Source: Alphaproteobacteria bacterium (lineage in GTDB: Bacteria > Pseudomonadota > Alphaproteobacteria > UBA7887). From it: a stretch of 64,000 nt of DNA. The stretch spans positions 2,338,831 to 2,402,830 of the forward strand of contig OZ243958.1 of the NCBI GenBank assembly GCA_965214495.1, read 5' to 3'. Below are positions 48,870 to 59,977 of this stretch, piece by piece (positions within the stretch are counted from its first letter, which is position 1; every line of letters begins with the position of its first letter). The notes beneath the pieces are model-generated. The model saw only the letters and a list, made by a program, of their open reading frames with translations. It had not been told where the DNA came from and did no database searches. The translations under genes and the position numbers were made by a program.

Positions 48870-50575
48870 ACGCGACCGTGGTCGATGGCTCCGGCGCGCC
48901 GCGCTACCGCGCCGATGTCGGGGTCGCCGGCGGGCGCATCGCCGAAATCGGCCGCATCCGCGCCCCGGCGGCGCAGACGATCGACGCGGAAGGGCTGATC
49001 CTCGCGCCGGGCTTCATCGACGGACACACCCACATGGACGCTCAGGTCGCGTGGGATCCACTCGGTAGCTGCTCGTGCTGGCACGGCGTCACCAGTGTGA
49101 TCATGGGCAATTGCGGCTTCGCCCTGGCCCCCTGCCGCCCGGACGAGCGCGAGTGGATCGCCCGCTGCCTGGAAGCGGTCGAGGATATTCCCGTCGCCGC
49201 CATGATGGCGGGCATCGACTGGACCTGGGAGAGCTTCCCGGACTATCTCGCGACCGTCGAGCGCCTGCCGAAGGGGATCAACTACGGCGCTTATCTCGGG
49301 CATTCCGCGCTGCGCATGTATGTGATGGGCGAACGAGCGCTCGAGGAAACCGCGACCGACGACGATCTCGCCGCCATGCGCTCCGCTGTCGGCGAGGCGC
49401 TGCGCGCCGGCGCGATGGGGCTTTCGACATCGCGCGCGACCACCCACGTCACACCCGACGGAACCCCGGTGCCGAGCCGCATCGCCGACTGGCGCGAGAT
49501 CGACGCGCTGGTGGGCGCGATGGCGGAACTGAACGCCGGAATCTTCCAGATCGGCCCCGACATTTCCGGCGGCGAGGCGCAGCGCGCGTTTCTCGACCGT
49601 CTGCGCACGGTCGCGCTCGACAGCGGACGCCCCGTCATGTTCGGCACGATCTCCACACGCCAGGGCGCCGACCCGCTGCCATGGGAATATCAACTGGACT
49701 ACATCGACGAAACGGTCGCCGCCGGCGGGCGCATGTTCGGCCAGACCACGACGCGGCCGATCAACGCGGTGTTCTCGCTCAAGTCCTATCTGCCCTTCGA
49801 CGGCCTGCCGGAGTGGCGGGAACTGCGCGCGGAACCGCTCGAGCGCCAGAAACACCGCCTGCGCGACCCCGAAACCCGCGCGCGCCTGGTCGCCGCGGAA
49901 CGCGCGATGAAACCGCTCGGCGGCGACGAATTCCAGGGCGGCGGCGCCGCGACCACCGACCCGCGCAAACCGGATTACGGGAATCTCTACGCGTTGTGCG
50001 GCACGGACTGGAACGATCCGACCGTCGCCGAGCTTGCCGAACGACGCGGCGTGGACCCGGTCGGCGTAATGATCGACCTGATGCTCGACGACGAGAACCA
50101 GATTTTCGTCCAGCCGCTGGTCAACGAAACGCCGGCCGCCGTGCACGGAATGCTGCGGCACCCGCGCACTCTCGCCACCTTCTCCGATTCCGGCGCCCAT
50201 GTCTGCCAGGAGATGGGCGCATCGCTGCAAACGCACATGCTGAGCTACTGGGTGCGCGACAAGCAGGCGTTCACGCTGGAAGAAGCGGTGCGCATGTTGA
50301 CCTTCGACAACGCGCTGGCCTGGGAATTGCCCGACCGCGGGCTGGTGCGCCGCGGCTACGCCGCCGATCTGGTTCTGTTCGAGGAGGCGCGAATAAAACC
50401 GCGCCTGCCGACCGTGGAAAACGACCTGCCCGGCGGTGCACGCCGGCTGGTGCAGAAGGCCGACGGCATCGCCGCGACGCTGGTCAACGGCGTCGTGACC
50501 CAGACCTGGGGCGAAGCGACCGGCGAAACGCCGGGTGACCTGCTGAAGGGTCCGTGGCTCCGGGATATCGCCTGA
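48845..50575 (+). CDS. D-aminoacylase-family amidohydrolase (N-acyl-D-amino-acid deacylase-like)
   Basis: MTLDVLIRDATVVDGSGAP...ILAPGFIDGHTHMD... metal-dependent amidohydrolase fold. 576 aa. Confidence 0.9.
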   Translation: MTLDVLIRDATVVDGSGAPRYRADVGVAGGRIAEIGRIRAPAAQTIDAEGLILAPGFIDGHTHMDAQVAWDPLGSCSCWHGVTSVIMGNCGFALAPCRPDEREWIARCLEAVEDIPVAAMMAGIDWTWESFPDYLATVERLPKGINYGAYLGHSALRMYVMGERALEETATDDDLAAMRSAVGEALRAGAMGLSTSRATTHVTPDGTPVPSRIADWREIDALVGAMAELNAGIFQIGPDISGGEAQRAFLDRLRTVALDSGRPVMFGTISTRQGADPLPWEYQLDYIDETVAAGGRMFGQTTTRPINAVFSLKSYLPFDGLPEWRELRAEPLERQKHRLRDPETRARLVAAERAMKPLGGDEFQGGGAATTDPRKPDYGNLYALCGTDWNDPTVAELAERRGVDPVGVMIDLMLDDENQIFVQPLVNETPAAVHGMLRHPRTLATFSDSGAHVCQEMGASLQTHMLSYWVRDKQAFTLEEAVRMLTFDNALAWELPDRGLVRRGYAADLVLFEEARIKPRLPTVENDLPGGARRLVQKADGIAATLVNGVVTQTWGEATGETPGDLLKGPWLRDIA

Positions 50576-50609
50576 ACGCGGAGGGGGGCCAGCGCGACGC
50601 GTCTTCCTG

Positions 50610-51326
50610 TCATCCCCGGCCGATATAAGGCTGCGTGATCGGCAGAATGACGGTGCTCAGCATGTTGACGCCGGAGTCCATGCTCGCCATCGTCACCGCC
50701 GCCTTGCCGATGTCGGCCAAGGGTATCGTGCCCTCGCGCGCCGCGATCTCCTCGCGTCCGCGCCAAATGTCGGTGGCGACGTTGCCGGGATGGATGATTC
50801 CGGCGGCGATCCCGTACTCGCGCCCGTCGAGCGCCAGCGACCGCGTGAGCCCTTCGAGCCCGAATTTGCTCGCGGTATAGGGTGCCCCATGAGGGCGCGA
50901 CATCTGCGCCGAAATGCTGCCGATGTTGATAATCCGCCCCGAACGCTGCGGGATCATGTGGCGGAACGCGGCGCGCGCGCACAGGAACGCGCCGGTCAGG
51001 TTGACGTCGATGACCTTGCGCCATGTCGCCGGGTCGAGTTCGTGGGTCGGCCCCGGCGCCGACATGCCGGCGTTGTTGACCAGCACATCGATCCGTCCAT
51101 GCCGCGCCGCAACATCGTCGAACAGGCCGTCGACCCGGACGTCGTCGGTTACGTCGCATTCCGCCGCTTCGACCGCGCCGTCGATCTCCGCCGACGCGGC
51201 CTCGAGCGGCGCGCGCCGACGCCCGACGACGACCACCCGCGCCCCGGCGCCGGCGATCGCCGCGGCGATCGCCTTTCCGATGCCGCTGCCGCCCCCGGTT
51301 ACGATGGCGATTTTTCCGTCGAGCAT
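50610..51326 (-). CDS. SDR-family oxidoreductase
   Basis: IAIVTGGGSGIGKA (TGxxxGIG), NNAG, Y-x3-K catalytic pair (YTASK). Confidence 0.9.
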   Translation of the reverse strand: MLDGKIAIVTGGGSGIGKAIAAAIAGAGARVVVVGRRRAPLEAASAEIDGAVEAAECDVTDDVRVDGLFDDVAARHGRIDVLVNNAGMSAPGPTHELDPATWRKVIDVNLTGAFLCARAAFRHMIPQRSGRIINIGSISAQMSRPHGAPYTASKFGLEGLTRSLALDGREYGIAAGIIHPGNVATDIWRGREEIAAREGTIPLADIGKAAVTMASMDSGVNMLSTVILPITQPYIGRG

Positions 51327-51415
51327 TGTGTCCTCCCCCGTTTGCGTGATCGTCGGGTCTTGCCTGCGCGATTCGCGACCCTCGCGCGCCGAGCCGTGAC
51401 CGATACTCGCGCGCC

Positions 51416-51874
51416 ATGACGGCCGACGACTCCTTCACCATCGCGCGCCCGCCGGACGGCTTCAAGCTCTACGAAGCCCGCGACGGACGGTTCAGCGAAC
51501 GCTTGGGGCCGTATTTCGTCAAGGGCCGCGGGACCGGCCTTGCGATGGGCTTTCGCGTCCTCGACCACCATACAAATCGCAACGGCGTCGCGCATGGCGG
51601 CGCCCTCATGGCGTTCGCCGACACGCTGTGCGGCAATGTCGCGGCGCGCGCGGCGGATTACGCCTCGGCCACGGTGTCGCTGAACGGCAGTTTTCTCAGG
51701 CCGGTTCCGGCCGGCGCCTGGGTGGACGGCGCGGCACACGTGCTGAGGGTCGGGCGCCGCAGCGTGTTTCTGCGCGCCGAACTCGCTGCAAACGGCGTAT
51801 TGTCGTTTACTGCCGAAGGCATCTGGCAACGCATGGACCCGCGCCCTCGCGGCGACGCAAAGGAGGAAAAATGA
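51416..51874 (+). CDS. PaaI/YbgC-type hotdog-fold thioesterase
   Basis: ...NRNGVAHGGALMAFADTLCG... matches the PaaI HGG-x-x-x-x-ADT motif. Confidence 0.8.
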   Translation: MTADDSFTIARPPDGFKLYEARDGRFSERLGPYFVKGRGTGLAMGFRVLDHHTNRNGVAHGGALMAFADTLCGNVAARAADYASATVSLNGSFLRPVPAGAWVDGAAHVLRVGRRSVFLRAELAANGVLSFTAEGIWQRMDPRPRGDAKEEK

Positions 51875-52509
51875 TCCACGAACTGCGCATGTACACCTGC
51901 AAGCCGGGAACCGTCGGCAAGGTGCTCGAAGCGAGCGGCACGGTCGCCCGCCGGATTCGCCAAGGCGACAAATACGGCGTTCTGGAGGGCCATTTCTCCA
52001 CCGAGATCGGCGCGCTCAACCGGTTCGTCCATTTGTGGCGCTACGACAGCATGGCCGAAATGACCCGCCTGCGCGGCGAACTCGGCGGTCTCGAAGCATG
52101 GCGAACCGAATATGTTCCATTGATTCGCCCGCATCTGCTCGACCAGACCGTGCGCATCCTCAACCCGATGCGCGAGATGACGATGCCGGAGGGCGAGAGC
52201 AACATCTACGAACTGCGCGTCTATCGTCTGCCGCCGGGCGGCGCCGCGCCGTGGGCGCAGGCGATGCTCCAGGCGCTCCCGGCACGCGAGAAATACTCGA
52301 AGAACGTCGGCCTGTGGGTGTCGATGCTGCCGGACCCCAACGAGGTCGTGCATCTTTGGGCCTATCCGGATTTCGGGGCGCGCATGGAGGCGCGTCGCGC
52401 CTCTCAGGCGGATCCCGACTGGCAGGCGTTTCTGAGCGCGAACGTCCCGGCCCTCCAGGGAATGAGTTCGACGCTCATGCTCCCGTCGGTCTGGTCGCCA
52501 CGGAAATAG
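51871..52509 (+). CDS. NIPSNAP-family protein (tandem NIPSNAP domains)
   Basis: MIHELRMYTCKPG... and a second NIYELRVYRLPPG... repeat. ATG overlaps the previous stop (ATGA). Confidence 0.8.
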   Translation: MIHELRMYTCKPGTVGKVLEASGTVARRIRQGDKYGVLEGHFSTEIGALNRFVHLWRYDSMAEMTRLRGELGGLEAWRTEYVPLIRPHLLDQTVRILNPMREMTMPEGESNIYELRVYRLPPGGAAPWAQAMLQALPAREKYSKNVGLWVSMLPDPNEVVHLWAYPDFGARMEARRASQADPDWQAFLSANVPALQGMSSTLMLPSVWSPRK

Positions 52510-52514
52510 CGGCG

Positions 52515-53244
52515 TCAGGGTGCCTCGGCTCCGAGGGCGCGGGCAAGGTCCGGGAACGTATCGACGATGATGTCGTGGTCGTCGTCCGGCGTCGGATCGG
52601 GCGGGCCTTGCGCGCCCCATTCCTCGGGTCGGCGAACGAACGCCGTTCTGAATCCGGCTCGCTTCGCCGCGCGCAGGTCGAAATTGTGGCAGGCCACCAT
52701 GCAACACGCCGACGGCGGAAGCTGCAACCAGCGCGCTGCGGTCTCGTAGGCGGCCGGCAGAACCTTGTATTTGCCGATCATCTCGCAAGACAGCACCGTG
52801 TCCCACGCGAGGCCGTTGCGCCTCGCGGTGTCTGTGACGATGCGAACGCTGAGCAGCGTGAAGGACGCGCAAAGATAGCGCGCGCGCAGGCGCGGCAGAG
52901 TCGGCGGGAAATCGGGCCAGCAGGCGAGGCCGTGGACGGCGTCCCACCAGATCGCACGCCGTTCCGCGGCCGTGGCGGCGCCGAGACCGTTGACAGCGAG
53001 TATCTCGTCGAGTGCGAGTCGGTGTGCATCGTCGAACGTGTAGGCAGGCGGCCCGGTCTCGCCCTGGTTGAGAACGTAACCGAGCGACTTGCGGCGCAGA
53101 TCGTTGGCCGTCGCGGCCCAGTCGCGCGCGACTCCGTGCTTCTTGCCGAGTGCCGCCAGCGCGGCCGAGAAGCCGGAATGCCAGTCGAGAATCGTGCCGC
53201 CGGTATCGAACGTCAGGGCCTCGATACCGTCAAATTCACGCACC
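52515..53244 (-). CDS. HAD-superfamily hydrolase (haloacid dehalogenase-like)
   Basis: GTG start with SD GGAGAGGAAG. ...IEALTFDTGGTILDW... motif I-like region. Overlaps the upstream enoyl-CoA hydratase gene by 8 nt. Confidence 0.75.
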
Positions 53245-54081
53245 GCTTCCTCTCCCGGACGCTGCGGCGAAACGGGGACGGCGTTTTTCGACGAACGCGC
53301 GCACGGCCTCGCGGTGATCGTCGGTGCGCGCGGCGCGCACCAGCACATCGGCCTCGCGGTCGAGCGCGGCGAGGAAGTCCAGTTGCAGCGCACGATCGAG
53401 ATTGTCCTTGATCCCCGCCAGCGCATCGCGGGGGCCGGCGGCGAGCTCCCGTGCGAAGGCCATCGTTTCCGCCATCAACGCGTCGTCGTCGAAGACGCGG
53501 TTGACGAGGCCGATGCGTTCGCAGGTTTCAACATCGATCCGGGCAGCGGTGAACATGAGTTCGCGTGCACGGCCTGTTCCGACGAGGCGGGTGAGCAGCC
53601 AATTGATTCCGTAGTCGCCCGTCAGGCCGATGCGGGCGTAACCGGTCGAGACGAAGGCCGAGCGGGCGGCGAAACGCATGTCGCAGGCGAGCGCGAGCGC
53701 CAGCCCGGCACCCGCAGCCGGCCCCGGCAGCGCGGCGAGCGTCGGCTTGCGCAAACCGATCAGCGCCCCGGTGAGCGTGCGCTGACGATGGCGCAGGTCG
53801 GCCGCCGCATCGTCGAGGCCGCGCGGCTTCGAACCGGCCCGGTCGTCCATCGCCTTCACGTCGCCGCCGGCGCAAAAAGCCCCGCCCGCGCCGGTAATCA
53901 ACACTGCGCCCACATCCTCCGACTCGCCGAATGCCGCGATCATGCGCCGCAGCGCCGGAGTCAACGCGGACGAGAGCGCGTTGCGCGCCTCGGGCCGGTT
54001 CAGCGTGATGACGCCGACGCCATCTTCGATGCACGCCAGCAATTGGTCACTGCCGGTATCGATTTGTGATGGCTCGTTCAT
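53236..54081 (-). CDS. enoyl-CoA hydratase/isomerase family protein
   Basis: ...GVITLNRPEARNAL..., ...ITGAGGAFCAGGDVK..., crotonase fold. 281 aa. Confidence 0.88.
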   Translation of the reverse strand: MNEPSQIDTGSDQLLACIEDGVGVITLNRPEARNALSSALTPALRRMIAAFGESEDVGAVLITGAGGAFCAGGDVKAMDDRAGSKPRGLDDAAADLRHRQRTLTGALIGLRKPTLAALPGPAAGAGLALALACDMRFAARSAFVSTGYARIGLTGDYGINWLLTRLVGTGRARELMFTAARIDVETCERIGLVNRVFDDDALMAETMAFARELAAGPRDALAGIKDNLDRALQLDFLAALDREADVLVRAARTDDHREAVRAFVEKRRPRFAAASGRGSGA

Positions 54082-54344
54082 GTCGCCTCCGCCGAAACGT
54101 TCGGCGCGAGCAATACCTGACCGGACAAGCTGCGTTTCGACAACCGCTGGTCCGCAACGACGCGCCCGACACCTGGCGACGATCGATCACCGAGAGCGTC
54201 GCCGACCCGTGTCACCCTATACGCCGGGCCCCTCGCGGCGCAAGCGCTTGTCCCCGGCGCGGGCGGGCGGCATATGCCGTTGCAGGCCGCCGAGCATACG
54301 CACGGCGGCTTGTCCCCGGCGCGGGCGGGCGGCATAGTGGCCGG

Positions 54345-54902
54345 ATGAGGAGGATCAACCCGGTGTGGCCAGGGTCAGGCGCGCGGCGCTGGTCCAGGGC
54401 GGACGACATTGTGCCGGTGCGTCCCTGCGCCTGGCCGGGATGCATCGCCTCGGGGGATTACCGCGCCCCGAAGTCTCGAACGACTCTGCGCGAGTTCCAG
54501 TGGTTTTGTCTCGATCATGTGCGCCTGTACAACGCCGACTGGAACTATTTCGATGGCCTCGACGCCGAACAGATCGAGGAGATTCGCCGGCGCGACGCAA
54601 CATGGCACCGGCCGACATGGCCGCTCGCAGGACGTGCGCGCACGGCGTGGGCTTCCGCGGACTCGTTCGAGGCAACCGGGGAGGACGCACCGTCGGCCAA
54701 GCCCGTCTCGCCCGAACGTGAGCGAGCGCTGGCTTCGCTCGGCCTCGACGGTGAGGCCTCGCACAATGACGTGAAAGCGCGCTATAAGACGCTCGCAAAG
54801 CGTCACCATCCTGATACGAACGGCGGGTGCAAGCGCGCCGAGGAACGGCTGAAGGCGATCAACGAAGCCTACGCCTATCTGCAAAACAGCGACGGGGCGT
54901 GA
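54345..54902 (+). CDS. J-domain (DnaJ-like) protein
   Basis: C-terminal J domain ...VKARYKTLAKRHHPDTNGG...AEERLKAINEAYAYL with the HPD tripeptide. N-terminal Cys-rich region. Confidence 0.7.
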   Translation: MRRINPVWPGSGARRWSRADDIVPVRPCAWPGCIASGDYRAPKSRTTLREFQWFCLDHVRLYNADWNYFDGLDAEQIEEIRRRDATWHRPTWPLAGRARTAWASADSFEATGEDAPSAKPVSPERERALASLGLDGEASHNDVKARYKTLAKRHHPDTNGGCKRAEERLKAINEAYAYLQNSDGA

Positions 54903-54947
54903 CGGCGCGCCGTTCCCCCGATCTTCACACACGCGGACACGGACCCG

Positions 54948-55949
54948 ATGGCCCCACAGATCGCCGCCGACGCGGCTTCCAGAGCCGATCGTCTGCCCGA
55001 TATCGAGATCTCCGTGCGCCAGGCGTTCGGGATTGACAGCGACATGCTCGCGCCCGGTTTCTCGGAGGCGGACGAACATGTTCCCGACATCGACGACGCC
55101 TACCGCTTCGACCGCGAGACCACTCTGGCGATCCTTGCCGGCTTCGCCCACAACCGGCGATTGATGATCCAAGGCTATCACGGTACCGGGAAATCGACCC
55201 ACATCGAACAGGTGGCGGCGCGCCTCAACTGGCCGACTGTGCGCGTCAATCTCGACAGCCACATCAGCCGCATCGATCTGGTCGGCAAGGACGCGATCGT
55301 GTTGCGCGACGGCCAGCAAATTACCGAGTTCCGCGAGGGCCTGTTGCCGTGGGCGCTGCAAAACCCGACGGCGCTGGTCTTCGACGAATACGACGCCGGG
55401 CGCCCGGACGTCATGTTCGTCATCCAGCGCGTGCTCGAAGTGGACGGCAAGCTCACCCTTCTGGACCGTAACCGGGTCATCCGCCCGCACCCGGCATTCC
55501 GTTTGTTCGCGACCACCAACACGGTCGGCCTCGGCGACACCACCGGCCTCTATCACGGGACGCAACAGATCAACCAGGGTCAGATGGACCGCTGGAATAT
55601 CGTCGCGACGCTGAACTATCTGCCGGTCGAGGCGGAGATCGACATCGTGCTTGCCAAGGTGCCGCAGTTTGCCGACGAGGAGGGGCGCAGGCGCGTCGCG
55701 GCAATGGTGGAGCTCGCCAACATGACCCGCTCCGGCTTCATCAACGGAGATATCTCGACCGTCATGTCGCCGCGCACCGTCATTACCTGGGCCGAGAACT
55801 CCCGGATTTTCGACGATCAGTCCTTCGGCTTCCGCGTGACTTTCCTCAACAAGTGCGACGAAGCCGAGCGGCAGCTGGTCGCCGAATATTACCAGCGCTG
55901 CATGGGCGAGGAATTGCGCGAATCAGCCGCCCTGGTCGCGGTCAATTAG
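54948..55949 (+). CDS. cobS: aerobic cobaltochelatase subunit CobS (AAA+ ATPase)
   Basis: ...[24 protein letters not shown]... Walker A, MoxR-like AAA+ fold, ~330 aa. Immediately upstream of cobT. Confidence 0.92.
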   Translation: MAPQIAADAASRADRLPDIEISVRQAFGIDSDMLAPGFSEADEHVPDIDDAYRFDRETTLAILAGFAHNRRLMIQGYHGTGKSTHIEQVAARLNWPTVRVNLDSHISRIDLVGKDAIVLRDGQQITEFREGLLPWALQNPTALVFDEYDAGRPDVMFVIQRVLEVDGKLTLLDRNRVIRPHPAFRLFATTNTVGLGDTTGLYHGTQQINQGQMDRWNIVATLNYLPVEAEIDIVLAKVPQFADEEGRRRVAAMVELANMTRSGFINGDISTVMSPRTVITWAENSRIFDDQSFGFRVTFLNKCDEAERQLVAEYYQRCMGEELRESAALVAVN

Positions 55950-55959
55950 GAAAGGCGAC

Positions 55960-57816
55960 GTGAACCGCTACGACGAAGCGCCGTCGGAGGCGTTCAAGCT
56001 CGCCGTCGCCGGCGCCACACGCGCCCTGGCGCGCGATCGCGAGCTGGAGGTGACCTTCGCCGCCAACGGGCCGCGGCTGGAGCAGGACCGCATTCTATTG
56101 ACCCCGCCGTCGCGGGAGATGCAGGTGGAGGAAATCCATCAGATCCGCGGCGAAGCGGATGCGTTGGCGCTGCGCCGGCGTTTCCACGACGACAGCGTGC
56201 ACCGCGCTCGGCGCCCGCCCGGTCAGGCCGCGCAATCGATCTACGACAGCCTGGAACAGGCCCGTTGCGAAGCGCTCGGCGCCCTGCGCATGGCGGGGGT
56301 CAAGCGGAATCTGGAGGCCGCCGTCGAGGCCCGGTGCCGCGAACAGCATTTTCAGGACGTCCAGCACCGGTCCGACGCGCCGATCGTCGATGTCGTCAAT
56401 CTTCTGGCGCGCGAGCGCCTGACCGGCGCGCCGCCACCCGAGGCCGCGCGCTACATGTGCGACCTGTGGCGCCCATGGCTCGCCGAACGTGCCGACGACG
56501 ATTTCAAGACTCTCGCACGAGTCGTCGAGGATCAGGAAGCGTTCGCCGAAACCCTGCGCCGGCTGATCGCGCACCTCGAGTTCGCCGACGAGCACGAGAA
56601 CGATCCGGCCAGCCTCGACTCGGAAGCCGAGTCGGAGGACGACGCCGAGGAACGACTCGATTCCGAATCCGAGGGCGAGTCGACGGAGGAGGAGTCCGAC
56701 GCCGAGGCCAGCCCCGGCGGTGAGCGCGACGATTCGGAGGCGGAAGATACGACCGAGGGCGAGGTCGAGGGTGCCGAGGAAACCACCGCGAGCGGTGGCG
56801 ACGAGACCGCCGCCGAGAGCGAGCCATGGCGGCCGCCTTGGGACCGCAGCAACGACTCCAGAACCGCCTACCGCGCCTTTACCACCGAGTTCGACGAAGT
56901 GGTGGATGCCGCAGACCTGTCGGAGCCCGAAGAGCTCACCCGCCTGCGCGGCCATCTGGACCAGCAATTGGCGGCGCTGCAGGGGATCATCACCCGCCTT
57001 GCCAACCGACTGCAACGACGCCTGCTCGCCCGGCAAAGGCGGTCGTGGGAGTTCGATCTCGAAGAAGGCATCCTGGATTCCGCGCGCCTCGCCCGCATCA
57101 TCACCAATCCGAGCTATCCCCTGTCCTACAAGCGGGAGAAGGAAACCACGTTTCGCGACACGGTAGTGACCCTGTTGCTCGACAATTCGGGATCGATGCG
57201 CGGGCGGCCGATTTCAGTCGCGGCGATGAGCGCCGACATTCTGGCACGGACGCTGGAACGCTGCGCGGTCAAGGTCGAGATCCTCGGTTTCACTACCCGC
57301 GCGTGGAAGGGCGGGCGAGCACGCGAAAGCTGGCTCGCTTCCGGCAAATCGGCCGATCCCGGGCGCCTGAACGATCTGCGCCACATCATTTACAAGGCGG
57401 CCGATACGCCGTGGCGGCGGGCGCGCAAAAACCTCGGTCTGATGCTGCGCGAGGGCCTGCTGAAGGAGAACATCGACGGCGAGGCACTGATCTGGGCACA
57501 CGGCCGATTGCTCGAACGCTCCGAACAACGTCGCATTCTGATGGTGATCTCCGACGGCGCACCGGTCGATGACTCGACCTTGTCGGTGAATACGGGGAAC
57601 TATCTCGACCGCCATCTGCGCGAAGTGATCGCCTGGATCGAGGCGATGTCGCCGGTCGAACTCGTGGCGATCGGTATCGGCCACGATGTCACGCGCTACT
57701 ATCGTCGCGCGGTCACCATCGTCGATGCCGAGCAGCTCGGCGGCATGATGACCGAGAAACTCGCGGAATTGTTCGAGGAAGGCCCCGCCAACAAGAACTA
57801 CCGGCTCGCCGGCTGA
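55960..57816 (+). CDS. cobT: aerobic cobaltochelatase subunit CobT
   Basis: Characteristic acidic stretch ([31 protein letters not shown]...) and a C-terminal vWA/MIDAS domain (LLLDNSGSM). Confidence 0.9.
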   Translation: MNRYDEAPSEAFKLAVAGATRALARDRELEVTFAANGPRLEQDRILLTPPSREMQVEEIHQIRGEADALALRRRFHDDSVHRARRPPGQAAQSIYDSLEQARCEALGALRMAGVKRNLEAAVEARCREQHFQDVQHRSDAPIVDVVNLLARERLTGAPPPEAARYMCDLWRPWLAERADDDFKTLARVVEDQEAFAETLRRLIAHLEFADEHENDPASLDSEAESEDDAEERLDSESEGESTEEESDAEASPGGERDDSEAEDTTEGEVEGAEETTASGGDETAAESEPWRPPWDRSNDSRTAYRAFTTEFDEVVDAADLSEPEELTRLRGHLDQQLAALQGIITRLANRLQRRLLARQRRSWEFDLEEGILDSARLARIITNPSYPLSYKREKETTFRDTVVTLLLDNSGSMRGRPISVAAMSADILARTLERCAVKVEILGFTTRAWKGGRARESWLASGKSADPGRLNDLRHIIYKAADTPWRRARKNLGLMLREGLLKENIDGEALIWAHGRLLERSEQRRILMVISDGAPVDDSTLSVNTGNYLDRHLREVIAWIEAMSPVELVAIGIGHDVTRYYRRAVTIVDAEQLGGMMTEKLAELFEEGPANKNYRLAG

Positions 57817-57843
57817 GTCGGACCGGCTCGCCGGAAGGCGGAT

Positions 57844-58449
57844 TCACTCCTTGCTCCCCCGCGGTTCCTCGCCACCCAGAGCGTCGAGCTGCGCCTGCAT
57901 GCGTGATAGTTGGGCGCGCAGTTCGTCCAGCTCAGACGGCACAGCTCGAGTTGGCTCGGGATCCGGATGGCCGTTGCCGGCCTTGCCCTGAGCGAACGGC
58001 CCGAAGGTCGACAGCGTGCGCTGGAAGATCGCCATGTTCCGTTCGCCGAGCTCCCGCATGGTCTGAATCGGGAAGAACTCACCGAAGGCGTTCTCGAGGT
58101 TGCGCCGCATCTGCTTCTGGTTGTCGGCGAAACTGTCCATCGCCGCTTCGAGATAGGATGGCACGAGGGTGCGCAGACCGTCGTCGTAGTAGCCGATCAA
58201 CTGACGCAAGAAACCGATCGGCAACAGGTTCTCACCCTTCGTCTCCTGCTCGAAGATGATCTGCGTGAGCACGGCGCGCGTGATGTCTTCGCCGGATTTG
58301 GCGTCGTGGACGACGAAATCGCGCCCTTCCTTGACCATGGCGCAGAGGTCTTCGAGTGTTACGTAGCTCGACGTGTCGGTGTTGTAGAGGCGCCGATTGG
58401 CGTATTTCTTGATGATCACCGTAGCCGAGTCGTTCCTGTTCCTGGCCAT
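57844..58449 (-). CDS. phaR: polyhydroxyalkanoate synthesis repressor PhaR
   Basis: ...IKKYANRRLYNTDTSSYVTLEDLCAMVKEGRDFVVHDAKSGEDITRAVLTQIIFEQE... 201 aa. Confidence 0.9.
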   Translation of the reverse strand: MARNRNDSATVIIKKYANRRLYNTDTSSYVTLEDLCAMVKEGRDFVVHDAKSGEDITRAVLTQIIFEQETKGENLLPIGFLRQLIGYYDDGLRTLVPSYLEAAMDSFADNQKQMRRNLENAFGEFFPIQTMRELGERNMAIFQRTLSTFGPFAQGKAGNGHPDPEPTRAVPSELDELRAQLSRMQAQLDALGGEEPRGSKE

Positions 58450-58553
58450 GCCGCACCCAGGCTCCGTTCATGCCCCGCCGAGCGATGGCACTATAGCGCG
58501 ACCGTCGCCGCGCGGAAACATGCGCGCGCTGGCATACCGCCGCACCGGCACCT

Positions 58554-59910
58554 ATGTTCCCGATCATGGTGGGAAAAGTGGACCCGGCGACGCTGGCCCG
58601 CGCCTGTCTCGATCTGTGGGAGCGGCAGGTCGAGACAGTGTCGGTCTCCGACCGGGCCGTATTCTTCGCGACGGTCCTCGCCGGCGATGACGCGTCCACA
58701 GCAGCCTTGCGCGGAGCGACGGATGCCGCCGTTCTATCCCGGTCTGGCGGCGAGCCTGTGGCTCGGCGCTCTGGCCAATCTACCGGCAGCGCGGGCGGGC
58801 CGGGCCCGGTGGGCGCCGCCGCTCGCGACGGAGGGGGCTGAACTCGCCGCGCGCCTCGCCGCCGTCGAACCCCAAGCGCTCGTTCGCGCTCTCGGCGCCG
58901 AGGCGCGGACGCGCTTCGACGAATTCCTCACCGGGATCGAATCCTATCGGATCCATCCGCATCGCCGGGCGGCGACCGAGTGGCCGGTGCGCTGGCAGCG
59001 CGGCACAACTGCGCTGCGCGAACACTATCCGTCGGTGCGAGGACGGCCCGTCCTGATCGTGCCGTCGCTGATCAACCGCTCCTCGATCCTCGATCTCGCG
59101 CCGGAGCGCAGCCTGACCCGCCTCCTTGCCGCCCGCGGATTGCGCCCTCTGGTCGTCGACTGGGGAGAACCGGGCGCCGCGGAATGCGCGTTTTCGCTCA
59201 CCGACTACGTTGTATGCCGTCTGGAGCCGGCGCTCGCCGCCGCACGCCACATGGCCGGCGGTCCGGTCTCGGTGGTTGGCTATTGCATGGGCGGTCTGCT
59301 GGCGCTCGCACTGGCACAACGGCGCAGGGAGTCGGTGTCCGGGCTGGCGCTGCTCGCGACGCCGTGGGACTTCCACGCGGCGGATGCCGGCTGGACGGCG
59401 CTGCTGCCGGTGTTGGAAACCTGTCTCTCGGCGCGGATCGAGCGTGAGGGCGTCCTGCCGGCGGGTGCGCTTCAGGCGCTGTTCGCGATCGCGCAGCCCG
59501 AGCGGATCGCCGCCAAATTCCGCGTCTTTGCAACACTCGCCCCGGACGACCCGGCAGCGGTCGCCTTCGTCGAAGTGGAGGACTGGATCAATGACGGCAT
59601 ACCATTGGCCGGCGCGGTCGCGCGTGAATGCCTGTTCGACTGGTATGGTCGCAATGCGACCGCGGGCGGGCGCTGGTCGATCGGCGGCGCCGCCGTGGAC
59701 CCGGCAGCGGTTTCGTTGCCCGCGCTCGTTTTCGTGCCGGCGCGCGACCGCATAGTGCCGCCCGAATCCGCCGCGGCGCTGGCGGCCGCGTTGCCTTGTG
59801 CGCGCCGGTTGCAACCGCGCTCGGGGCATATCGGCATGGTAGTCGGCCGGCAGGCGCAGGGGGAATGCTTTCGTCCGCTGGCCGACTGGCTTCTCGCGGT
59901 CGCGAAATGA
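58554..59910 (+). CDS. phaC: PHA synthase PhaC-family protein (class III-like), possibly frameshifted near 58.7-58.8 kb
   Basis: The frame from 58723 gives ...RPVLIVPSLINRSSILDLAPERSL...PLVVDWGEPG... and the lipase box GYCMGG. The frame from the ATG at 58554 gives MFPIMVGKVDPATLARACLDLWERQ..., which resembles the PhaC N-terminal DPATW..W.RQ region but stops at 58841. The two frames do not join without a shift. Confidence 0.6.
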
Positions 59911-59977
59911 CGATCGGGCGCTGCGCGGCGGGGCGTTATGAAGCGCACTTCAGGATCATGTCGCAAAGGAAGAGGTC

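Noticed and set aside
57910-58553. N-terminal extension of the 666-aa ORF covering phaC
   Set aside because: Runs antisense through phaR. phaC homology only begins near 58554/58723.
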